Source: Lophium mytilinum (taxonomy: Eukaryota). Taken from it: a DNA stretch of 64,000 nucleotides. How positions within the stretch are numbered: the first letter of the stretch is position 1; each line of letters opens with the position of its first letter. The notes under the pieces were generated by a model. The model was not told the DNA's origin, ran no database searches, and saw nothing but the letters and a program-made list of their open reading frames with translations. The stretch covers positions 64,563 to 128,562 of the forward strand of contig MU004192.1 of the NCBI GenBank assembly GCA_010093605.1, in the 5' to 3' direction. Below are positions 39,591 to 50,541 of this stretch, one piece after another. The position numbers were made by a program, and so were the translations under genes.

Positions 39591-41732
39591 GAAGGCGAAA
39601 AATACCAGCGCCTGCCACGAGCTTGCGAAAGCTGCCGATTGCGTAAAATAAAGTGCAATGGAGCAAATCCCTGCAGAGGCTGCTTGAACCACAATGAGGC
39701 GTGCCAATACCGTGTGAAGCCTCGCAATCGAAGGACGAAAGACGAACTGGCATCGCCTATACGACACACCACAACGTCGCAGCCAAATCTCCCTAACGCC
39801 AGTTCCCAGATTGACCCACTCCAGAGCAGAGAGGCGATTCAGAGTGTAAGCGCAACTGATCATGTATCTCCGATGGGGACCATCCAACTGTACTATGGCC
39901 CGTCTTCCAACTTCTCTTTTCTTCAGCATATCTATCGTAGCCTTGTTTGTCCATCCTCTCGAAAGAATCATATCTCGCCGGAGGTTCAGGAAGGTGGTCC
40001 TGGGCTTGACTTTTTTCAGCAGCGACAATCTTACTTCGCGCTAGCGCCCGAATATCCGCCATATGATATGAACATAAGTTTCCTTACATTGGACTGTGCC
40101 AAGAGGCTCGTTCAGTCGTATGCGACTACACTGGGCCATCTGGTACCGATCTGGTCCGAGGCTGAGCTGCTGTGCAGGTTGACGGCTCTGTATTGTCAAT
40201 TGCAGCGGAATGACGGGTCGTTCTCTCCTGACAAAACTATACTCCTCTGTATACTTGCCATTGGCGCCGCTACTGCTGAAATGCTCGATTGGGCTGAAAT
40301 ATTGTATATTCGAGCGAAGTCTGAGTGTATCATGTTCGAAGACGTCATGAATCTGCAGGCTGTTCAGATACCGTTGTTGATGGTATGCCTCGCCGGAACA
40401 GCCGTATGTTGACATGTGACTCACTTTTACAGGCCCAGTATCAAACGAATATGGGGCGCTCAAACTCCTCCTATATTTACCTCGGCACGGCTGCTCGGAA
40501 AGCCTTAGCAATTGGCCTTCACAGAGGCATCGGCGCGCACGACGATGGCAGTGACAGCTCCCTTGTCCAAGAAACCCGGACAACGTTGTGGAGCCTGTAT
40601 TTCTTTGAAACGCAAGTCTAGTCCTATTTCTTGTGATTTTCAGCTGCTGACGACCACATCCAGCTGGACCTCTTTTGGGCTGGGGCGCATCTGTTCTCTT
40701 GATGCTGATGATATATCATGCCCATATCCAGACAACCAGGAGTTCCTTGCTTCTATCTGCCAACTTTCGGCGATCATGTCTCGCTGCTCCAAAAACCTAT
40801 ACTCCAAACGGCAAAACACTTTGAAACAGATGTGGAAAGCGGCATCAACAATAAATGACGAGCTACGTGTGTTTGCAACCAAGGTCGGTATTGGAACAAC
40901 GGATCAATCCCGTACCTCCACACCTAGCGAATCACAGAGCGTGCAACGGTTTCTTCTCAACAATTGTAAGACTCCCTACGAAGACTCTTGCGTGATCGGA
41001 GCTGATAGTTCTAGTATACTATCAAACAGTCATCCTGACTTTCCGGCCGTTCCTTATAGTCTGGGCAGCCAACCAGCAAGCCAACATGGGAGGAGACAGC
41101 GGTGGAGATTATCCAATAACTCCTTTGAGCGTCGAGCAAAAATGGCTCCGAGAGGCCCGCAGGAATGTGGTTGACGCAGCTCAGGATCTTATTGCACATC
41201 TTGCACACGCTCATACCGAGCTACCAGTAGTCAAGGTACGCGCAGCGTTGTTTGCCCATCTAGATCAATTACACTAAACAGGCCACAGAAATTCAGGTAC
41301 CATGCATTTTACGTTGAGTTTGCATGCTGCCTTCTACTGTACACATACATCTGGGAGGAAAGGCTCTTGTACACCGACTACATAAAGACTGGGTTGGCAT
41401 GCTTGAGAGCTATGCAACCCGGCGAGCCGGTCACAAGCTCGATCGTCTGCATTGAGCGCATGCGACAAATTGTTCAGCAGAGCTCTGATTCCGTGTCTGT
41501 AGTAACAGGTGGAGAGCAACCGTGCTCTGCACAGACTTTGGACACAACAAATCCTTTTGCCTTTCCAACCGGTCCTCCTACATCGAATGATCCATCGAGA
41601 GATTTCATGAGTCTATGGCAGCCGGAGCTGATTAGCTCTCGACCGTCGACGGATTTTGGAAGTATGAGCTGGATTTTCGATGTTGCGGCATCCAGTCCGT
41701 CTAGCATTTTCCCTATAGACATGCTAGATTAA
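39591..41732 (+). CDS. Zn(II)2Cys6 transcription factor with fungal-specific TF domain; first exon upstream not resolved
   Basis: RACESCRLRKIKCNGANPCRGCLNHNEACQY, YYGPSSNFSF, YIYLGTAARKALAIGLHR, RTTLWSLYFFE, TFRPFL; several GT-AG introns. Confidence 0.9.
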
Positions 41733-42384
41733 CAGCGAGGGCTGTAGAATAGCGGCTGAATACTAAGTGGGCCTAAAGACAGGGCGCTTAGCTCTTGGAA
41801 AGAGTGCAACTACAGCAAACTCCTTTAAAAGCGGTTGCAAGGTGCAGAAGATGTCCCCGTTCAGATCACCGTTGCCTCTCTCCAATATCTAGTATCATCC
41901 AGCTTCAAGAGCAGGAGAAGTACGGAGGGTAAAGCGGACATAATAGACTGCTGAATGCGATATAGTACTATAACATGTTTGAACTTTAGTAGGGGTACTG
42001 CCTGCCGTGGGTTTGGGAGGGATGATACTGCGATAGAGACGCAAGGCAGAGACTAGGGGTACGCCGCGTCTGTAGATGTAACCGCTGCGTTTTGCGTATC
42101 ATCAAGGTCTAGGGGAATAAAGCAATCCACACCACAGCATCAACATTCCAAAAGAACGCCATATTTTTCCTCCTCATTACGAACCGCACTCAATCCCACG
42201 ACTCGAAAGACAGAAGAGATGGGTATACAATCATGATCGTAATCACACGACCCCGTTCAGCCCTACCATTTATGCGACCATGCACCCCACCCATACCCGC
42301 TTTTCCTTCACATAGCCCACCCATATGCACAACCTCGCTGTCCCTCGTACCCTTACTTACTGAGTGACGACGCACTAATCTTTT

Positions 42385-45300
42385 TTACAACCCACCACCG
42401 CTGCCTCCCTGTCCACCCCCGAAGAAGAATCCATCGAACAAGTCAAACCCACTGCCATCGCTCCAATCGTGGTTCCCATCGAAGCCCATTCCAAAACCGA
42501 GATCCGCGAGCCCGCCTCCTCCAGGTCCTGCCTCGCCCCCATTCACAGCCGCGCCCTGCACGGGAAACGAGTCCAAGAAATCAAGCTCCGAGAATGCGCC
42601 CATATCAGGATAGGCCGAAGAGATGTTTTGCGCGAAATTACTGTACGGCATCTGGTTACTGAGAGCGTACGGCGATATATTCGGATTCTGGCCTTGCTGT
42701 GTAGGCGGTGAAGTAGTGGCAATGGCGTCAGATTCGGCAGAGGACATTGAAGAGATAGGGGGCCGGAGGGCCGGGTCGAGGGCGAAGGCGTGCTGATGGC
42801 GTAGTTGAGGAGAGATATTTCGAGGGTCCTGCTTGTTGAATTGTTGCTGCTGTAGATTTTCCTGCTTGATGGCGTGGGAAGTAGGTTGGGGAGGCGGCGG
42901 AGGCCGCATGCTGCTAAGCTGGCTACTAATGCGGCTGAAGGAGCGGGCGTCGGTTTCGTCGTCGCTGAAGAGATCGCGGAGGTTCATGTCAAAGCGGGGA
43001 GTCGGCCGTCGGCTGCTTTGGAAATAGCTGTGTTGGTAGCCGGTTGAGAGTTCGGTATCCGAGCGTGCGTCTTGATCGGAGGTGTAGGTGCTTGGGGAAT
43101 GGAAGTTGGACATGTTGGCTTGGGAGGCAGTGCCCAAGGCCTGGGGCCCAAAGCCGGTAGTCGACATGCACATTTGGATCGTAGCTTTGCTCATGCGGTC
43201 AAAAGCGTCTCGACAAGCTTCAGCGGGTGGGCATTTCTCGATGAGATCTCCAAGAACGGATGTTGCTGCCAGGACTGTAAAGTCGACGTCGTCTAGGGAC
43301 TTTCGTACGTTAATGCTTGAGTCAGAGATAGATCGAGCTATAGCTTACTAGATGACTTCGTACGACTGGCGAGTGCCAGACGGCATACAAGAATGATATC
43401 CCTGCTCTGGTCAACCACGAATTTTATTTCTACAAGGGCATATAACTTACCAGCCATGAATAGATGATGTGTTGCAAGGAATGTGTAATTTACGAGATGT
43501 ACTCGATGAAGCTGCCGATACAACTTAAGCACCTTCTGCCCAGCTTCTGCAACCTTGAGGAAGACCCGCTCTTCATCTTCGCGTTCTTCAATGTTCAAGA
43601 CCGAAGGACTTGCAATGTCTCCATTAGTTGCGCCCAGCTCGCCGGCCAATACTGGAGGGACAGATAGGCTTTGGCGATACAACATGATGATAGCTTGCCA
43701 ATAATTAAGTTCGAGGAATAACGGCGAGAATTGCACTCCCGTCTCCATCTGATTCGGCGCAGATTCCTTCCACTCCCATAATCGGCGATCGATATCAATC
43801 CGCCAAGACCTAAAAGAGTCGAATCTCGCTAAGAACGGGGAGGGAAGCTTCGTGTGCATGAAGTCGTTTCCTTGATTTGCTCCACTGTCTCTTGCTTGTT
43901 GAGCTTGCCGGTGTTGCAGCACTTGCAGGATTTCGGATTGCAACAGCCGTAATCTGAAGTAGTGTTGAGCTACCACCTTGTAACTTGGCTCGGCGCCTCG
44001 AGGGGGGTTTAGGAAGCCTTCTTTGGTGATGTACTTGTCGTCCAGCATGGAAGGGAATTCCGTGGTGACGACCTGATCCGTGATTCCGAAAGGCCTACCA
44101 ACACACGTACTGACAAGCCGGTCGAACGAGTAGACACACCACCACAGTCGTCTACGGAGGTCCCGCACCCATTGCCGACGGCCCCTCTCTTTCGCATCAA
44201 TCTTGATGCCATTGCTAGCACCTGCAGTAGTTTCCGGATTCTCCTCAACCTTCCCGAAAGGATGCTCGTCTCCGTTGGAGCCGTCAATGCCTACGCCGTC
44301 TTCATAATGTAATCCTAGGTCCACTCCTAGTCGAACCGCCACACCGACAATATACCACAACCCGGGCGCCACTGGTCGGAGTAGCGCGAATCCCGCGAGC
44401 AACAGCACGGCTTGTAGCTCTTCCAGACCGCCTCCAAAGCCGTCGGGTCGGTCTGCTGCTGGCGAGGAGCCAAGGAAGGTTTCGAGATGCACAATGGCTG
44501 AAGCATGGTACTCTTCGGGCTGGTGCTGCTGGCTTGCAAGCTTGCGCTTCTTGTGGCTTGGCGGAGAGAAAGTTGGTGCGTTGGAGTGGTCGGATGTGGG
44601 AGACTCTTGAGGGTCAGAGCTGCCCATGATAATGCCAGCGCCAATAGCAAATACAATGTTAAGCATGTAGGATTCGCGTGACGTTCTATGCCGTCCTTCG
44701 GCGGTATATGTCCTTTCAAACATCTCCATAAATTCTCCGCGGTGTAGAATAGGGATTTGGGGGTTTGCATGCTCGAAGTAGAGCTCGACGAGCTTTAGGC
44801 CCAGCTCGTGGTCAGGAAATGGTGCTTGGCGTATAGTTGGCTTGGTATGCAGGCCGAAGAATGAGTCTCTCATGGACGTGCCCCCATCGGCGACATTGCC
44901 GGGGATCGTTTTGGCTCCCCGGATGCTTCCGCGCTCAGACGAGGCGCCCGAGACAGAGCTCTTCACGGCGGCAAAGACGACGCGCGCAAACGAGATGCCC
45001 GACGTCGATCCCAGATATCTGGGGTCGCTGGCGCCCTGGACCGACACCATTCCGATGTTGGATACAAGCTTCGTAAGCTTTTCTCGATCATACTTCTCGT
45101 TCTCCTCCTTTATAGCGCTCTCTGATTTCTTAGCCCCTCCATTGCGGTGGGCATCACCACCGGCAGACGACGTCGGCTTGTGCGAGGGGAGGCCATTCCC
45201 AGACGGATAGCTCGGCTCGAAGTGCTCGGGCGGGGCAAAGGCAATGGAGTTGTCCTGGAGCAGCGATTCAAGGTAGGACACGCGGGTCTCGAGGTAGTAG

Positions 45301-45654
45301 ACATAGCTGGGCGCGGGTCAGTATAGGATTGCTGGGACGAAAGACAGAGCTTCGCATAGGCACAGTGCGGCGCAACACACACCTTCGAGGGATCTCGCGC
45401 TTCGTTATCGGGTCGTATCCCACACAGCGCACATTGGCCTTCTCGCAGGAGGCACAGGCGGGCAGGTTCTGATCACAGCGGTTCTTCCGCAGCCGGCAGC
45501 GATTGCAGGCAGAGACATTGCGGAACGAGGATGCTGACGCGCTGGAGGCGGCAGAGGCCGCGGGCGACGAAGCTTTCCCGAGAAGTACGTCGGTGGGCGA
45601 GGGGCCGTCGCCGTCAATAGAGGAGTCCTCCAGGGAGCGCTTGAGGCCGGTCAT
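42385..45654 (-). CDS. uaY: Zn(II)2Cys6 regulator of purine utilisation (UaY/Ppr1 family)
   Basis: SFRNVSACNRCRLRKNRCDQ...CVGYDPITKREIPR/SYVYYLETRV, DPRYLGSTSGISFARVVFAAV, FALLRPVAPGLWY, DLRRRLWWC, VNYTFLATHHLFMAG, PPAEACRDAFDRMSKAT. Confidence 0.9.
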
Positions 45655-46775
45655 CGAGGCGCATGGCAGGACGTCGAGGTCATACGTTTTCGCTGGAGCT
45701 TCAGCTCGGGAGCTCAGTCACAGTATTGAAAACGAAGTCGGTCCCCACGCTGAGGGCTGCTAATTCCAATAGGCACGGGAGTTGGGGGCGACGAGAGACG
45801 GGTCGGTCCCGCATTGCATAAAAAGCAAAGCAGGCTGCTCAAGGTGCGCAGGCCCCGCAAGCATTGGATATGGCGGCTCTCTTATCGTGAACCAGGTGCT
45901 TGCTGATAGGCAAGCTGCCCGAGTCTTGTCACTACCTATTCCCGGTCGTAACTCGGCGCCTCTGATTTAGCCACCAACCGGTTAGAAGTGGACGGGCTAG
46001 AAGGGCTAGGGCGACGGCTAGGACAGCTACAGCTACGAGGCTACGAGGGGGCTACCTTTGCACGAGGGGCACCACTCCTGACGCTGCCCCGTCACGATGC
46101 CCAGATGCTGGACGGCTATCACGCCCGGACCTCGCCATTGGGTGCGCATGCGGAAGGTCCCCTAAGCCAGCCTGAACAAGCCAGCCTTTTCGCTGCTGAT
46201 CGTTAAGAGCGGGTAGCCTTAGCCCTCATTGCGCCAAGCACTAGCTATCTACTATCCACATCTCGGCTACAGAGCTCCAACCGCATTCCACGAGAGAGGG
46301 AGCAAGAAACGGTATATGTACAGCGCAAGTAGCTTTGTGGATCGCTAGTTCTAGGGCTCCCCGACACCCTGCCATCCGACATGTGAAGGTGCTGTAAATC
46401 CAGGGGAAAAGCCAAGACGGTCCAGACAAGGTGACGATAGAGTCAGCTGTAGCGATGAGTATAGAACTGTATGCGTACATGAAGGCTTTGCAGTATATGC
46501 TTCCACGGTAACGTCATTTTCCTTGCCAATTCTTTATAATTACATCGGGCGTCTTGTGTCAAAGTGCTTGCATCAGATCTCCTTTCAATTCACTCTCAAA
46601 CGGTTGTAGTTCCATTTGAAACTATTGTCTGCATTCACTGAAGTTCTCGCAATCTCTCAGAATCACCGTTTGCATGTATCCGCACTGTCCTGGAATCACC
46701 GTCTATGTATCACTGTCCGAGCGCCAATCGCCAGCCGAAGAACGAAAAAGGTCAATCCACCGTCCCTGGTCCATC

Positions 46776-47969
46776 TTATACATCCTTGACTTTGAACATC
46801 ATACTGGGGTCCTGCGCCACCCCCTCCTTGCCGTCCCACTCAAACACTGTTACCGACTCGACCGTCTTCAGCCCCAGTTGAGCCTTGTGGTTGATAAGAA
46901 ACCAACCAAGGCCGTTCCCATTCGCAGTTCCCAGCAATGCCTTCCCCTCCTCGGAATCCATGCTCAGTGTTACACCCGGCCATTTTGACACAGGCCGCCC
47001 GTTGAGAGCCCGAGCCATGGCTGCCTGCGATGGGGTGTTCTTCACCGGAAGCTGGAAGTAGTATCGAAGATTCTTGATGTCAGTCTTCTGGAGGTCGGCC
47101 TGGTGCTGCCATTCGAGGAAGAGCACATCTGACAGTTTATCGCCCAAGGCCGGGGCGTCAAATACCGGAGGAGATTGTTGTTCGCCTTTGAAACGTGGAC
47201 CGTAGACGCCAAGGGCATAGATTACACCCTCCATGTTGTTGTATATGACCGTGTGGAAGGCATTGGTAGGCTTGGAGCAGTGAGTTGGCGTACTTTTGCG
47301 CAGAACTTCTAATGTTTGTCTAGCCGGCTGCAGTAGGATCATACTTACTTGGAACCTCTTCCCGTCAACTGTGTACGGTTCCTCATGTTGCCAGGTCATA
47401 TGCACATTTCCTCCAGACCAGACGCCGTTCCTCTCCCTACGAGAAGCTGTCGAAAGACCCAGCTCTCTAACAGTACTCCTCATAGGCATTGAGATATCGA
47501 ACCATCCACGACATCCCGGCACCGTCTCCAGCATGTACGTCCCGTCCGCTGATTTCCAACCGTACCTCTTTAACTGCGTATACTCGGTATACGGGCTCTG
47601 CGACTGGAACCCCAAGAAAGCGGTAGCACCAGTGCTATCCTCCTTCGCAGCTCTCAGCAGCTTCCATCCCCTCGCAACTAGCTTGTTCCATTCGTTGTCA
47701 CTTGTCTGTGGCGGGACCTCTCGCTTGACCTGGGTCTTCGAACTCGGACTCTCCAACTCAACTCCAATCGACGAGTTCCCTCGCGCCCGGTTCTCGTATG
47801 GATGACGGATTGGCTGCACGATGTGGCGAAGGTTGTAGCTAGGGGGTGGGAGCAAGCACAATTGATAGTGGGCTAGGCCGATGGCTAGCGCGGCCGGAAC
47901 GGCGGCCACAGCAAAAGTCGTGAAGTATCGCTCGCGACCGGCTTTGCGGTAATTCTGGTTCATGCCCAT
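46776..47969 (-). CDS. Uncharacterised fungal protein, possibly secreted and Kex2-processed
   Basis: 397-codon ORF with a probable 78-nt in-frame intron (47271-47348); N-terminal hydrophobic segment, KR site, C-terminal WPG...EGKALLGTANG.GLGWFLINHKAQLGLKTVESVTVF. Confidence 0.7.
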   Translation of the reverse strand: MGMNQNYRKAGRERYFTTFAVAAVPAALAIGLAHYQLCLLPPPSYNLRHIVQPIRHPYENRARGNSSIGVELESPSSKTQVKREVPPQTSDNEWNKLVARGWKLLRAAKEDSTGATAFLGFQSQSPYTEYTQLKRYGWKSADGTYMLETVPGCRGWFDISMPMRSTVRELGLSTASRRERNGVWSGGNVHMTWQHEEPYTVDGKRFQVSMILLQPARQTLEVLRKSTPTHCSKPTNAFHTVIYNNMEGVIYALGVYGPRFKGEQQSPPVFDAPALGDKLSDVLFLEWQHQADLQKTDIKNLRYYFQLPVKNTPSQAAMARALNGRPVSKWPGVTLSMDSEEGKALLGTANGNGLGWFLINHKAQLGLKTVESVTVFEWDGKEGVAQDPSMMFKVKDV

Positions 47970-50460
47970 GGCTTGTACAACGGGCAGCTAGATTATCGCC
48001 ATGTAAAAGCCGAGGTGTCGGAACAATTTCCGTCGCTGGGTGTCTTGAGGTGTTTCTGATGGAGACTGATTAGAGAGTTTGGACTAGGTAGGAAGAACGA
48101 TGTAATAAATGAGCTCATTTGATTTTCGACAGCTGAATCCGCTATCTTGATCCGTCCTTTTTACTGACCGCTGCAAGTCTTGGAGAGCAGGTTCTTTTCT
48201 TAGATTGCGTTCGCTCATTGGTCTAACATGGAAAGGGTTGTAAGAAAACTGCCGTACGAGGTTTGTCAAGCACCATCATTGGTTTATCGGAAAAACCATG
48301 CGACTTTACAACGGTTAGAAGACATCCGTATGATACTCGTACGACTACTGAGTGCCGGAGCCTTCCCGACATAATATAAAGATGACTTGAAGTCCCGAGA
48401 ACGGTTATCTAAAGCTGTGGCGATGTTATACCGGAGCAACTTCATGATCCAATATCCGTCTTCAGCCTTCCGAAAACCACGCCCATTCTTCTAAATGCGT
48501 CCATACTCTCATTCAGACTCTCCGAACGCCATCAATAGCTTACTCCTCCTTTCATTAGCATCGCTGCCCGGGTCTTCGACTTTATCTAGAACATTGTCCA
48601 CCTCACAGCACTATATCTTCAGCCTCACCTGGCCTCCTTTCTTTCGAACATAACGTCCTGCGACTTCGTCTTGCTGCAATCGCGTCTTAACCTAGCTACA
48701 AAGACTCGGTCAAATGTCTTGCGTCTCCCATGCGGTGTTATTGCTCGAGGTCACCACCAAGCGTTTCGCCTGCTGCGTCTTCGACTTTACCCACTACGTC
48801 TGGTCACAGATATCTGCATACGCTTCTACCACCGCTTATGTTGCCTCTTGGTATTCTCAGAGTTCCGAATCGTACCGAAGTCTCTGCTTTCGAACGTCTG
48901 CTGAACTCGTTAGGCCACCCCAAGCTGTGACAGAGGGATGCGCACAGGTTGGAAGCGTGATCCGTCGTCCTGGATTATTGATAATATCATGAGGCTCCAC
49001 AAGCGGTGGCAAAAGGTGTGCGGACATCTTTGGCAACGCTTTGTACTGGCCCCAGCCCGGCTTAGTAACGACATTTCCCATAACGTACCCACATATTGAC
49101 CACCATTGGACTTGCCGGCGGTCATACTACGTCGAACCCAAGGTTTTCGCGAAGGTTGTAGCGCCCATAGGTTCGATTTGCAATTTGCAGCATGTCACAC
49201 CGTTTTCAAACGCTCCACGACAGGGTTCTGACGCTGGAGCACGAACAATTTGCAAGAAACTCAATCGACCGCTCGGAGATCTTCTCGGTCAGGTAGGTCA
49301 TTGGAACTTCCTTTACTAGACGGCGCCAAGTGCTCTCTCCATGGCATTGTACGCCCGCCGTTGCAGCTGGTAGTCGCCGTCCTGGACCCATGTCTCCGCA
49401 AGAAGACTTTCTTGGAGCGATAGAGGACTCTAGGAAAACAAGGTCGATAATCGTGACTATGAATGTCAAGGAACAATCGAAAGCGAGTGCGAAGACGTTG
49501 GTGTTGCTGGTTACGTTTCAAAATTCGAAATATAAGTAAGGGTCTCTCTGCACTCACACGAAGCCACCAGTGTTCCTCATCTGTTCTTTGGCCCAAAGCT
49601 TCTACTCCCCGTCCGTTAGGGTACTCCTCACAAGAGGATCAGGCAGGCGAACAAACTTGCAGATTGTATCTTCCACCATGCTAATCTGTAGGTCGGCTTA
49701 AAGGAAGAACTTCTAGCCTACTACTTCTAGAACCTCTGTATTGCCCGGCAGAGATACCGATAGGCCAAAATTCCCGGCCGTCTTTCGTGCCGCCAGGCTA
49801 TGGCTTCCGGTCTGCATGCCCGTTTTGAAACGTGATGCGCACGAGCTTTTGCACCGCGGCCACCTGCACGCTGCTGGTCTTAGAAATGTTTTCGAATAGC
49901 AGACTTGGTATACCTGTGAGTCTAGTACAAGAGTCCGGTTCACCAGCCACTTGTGCAAGCCAAAATTGATACCAAAGCAGATGACTTGGTCATACGTGCG
50001 TGGTGCAGGAGGAACGGACGAAGAAGGCCAGGGAGAGCACGTGAGCTTACTATTACCTCATAAGGTAGATCCGAGTGTAGAGATCAGAGGCCAGAATAGT
50101 AGTAAGTAAACGTTGCCTCCTCTTGTTGTTGCGCATATATCCAGTGAACATGGGGTCATTGATGGGCTGGTGATAGCGCATCCTGTTTTTCGCAAGGAAG
50201 ATAGCAATAAGGTCGACATTTTTCCTCGGAAGTTTTCATCGGTCGATGCATCTCACACCAGCCTGATGGTCTTTCGCAGCCCTCGGCAGCTTCGGTTCAC
50301 TCGTAATCAACTTCTTCTCATGTGTCGTCCGGTGGCGGAGCGCCCACTTGATCTCGGTCTTCAGCCTGCGCTTCCTATTGATGAACCGCTCCGTCTCAGA
50401 CCCTTTTTGCCCTCAACCTTCTTTATGGCCTTTAACGTCTTTATCTTCAATTACTTCATG

Positions 50461-50541
50461 TACTCCCATTACTCCCATTACTCCCATTACTCCCATTACT
50501 CCCATTACTCCCATTACTCCCATTACTCCCATTACTCCCAT
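50461..50541. repeat. Perfect 9-bp minisatellite (TACTCCCAT)x9
   Basis: Read directly; followed by degenerate copies (tattgctat tgctccc). Confidence 0.95.

Noticed and set aside
18782..45654. Secondary-metabolite cluster suggested by MFS pumps, Zn2Cys6 factors and oxygenase
   Set aside because: No PKS, NRPS or terpene synthase backbone gene, and the genes are interleaved with housekeeping loci (SPB4, DGK1, uaY).
50461..50541. Repeat considered as CRISPR or telomeric array
   Set aside because: No spacers, eukaryotic context, and the unit is not TTAGGG-like.
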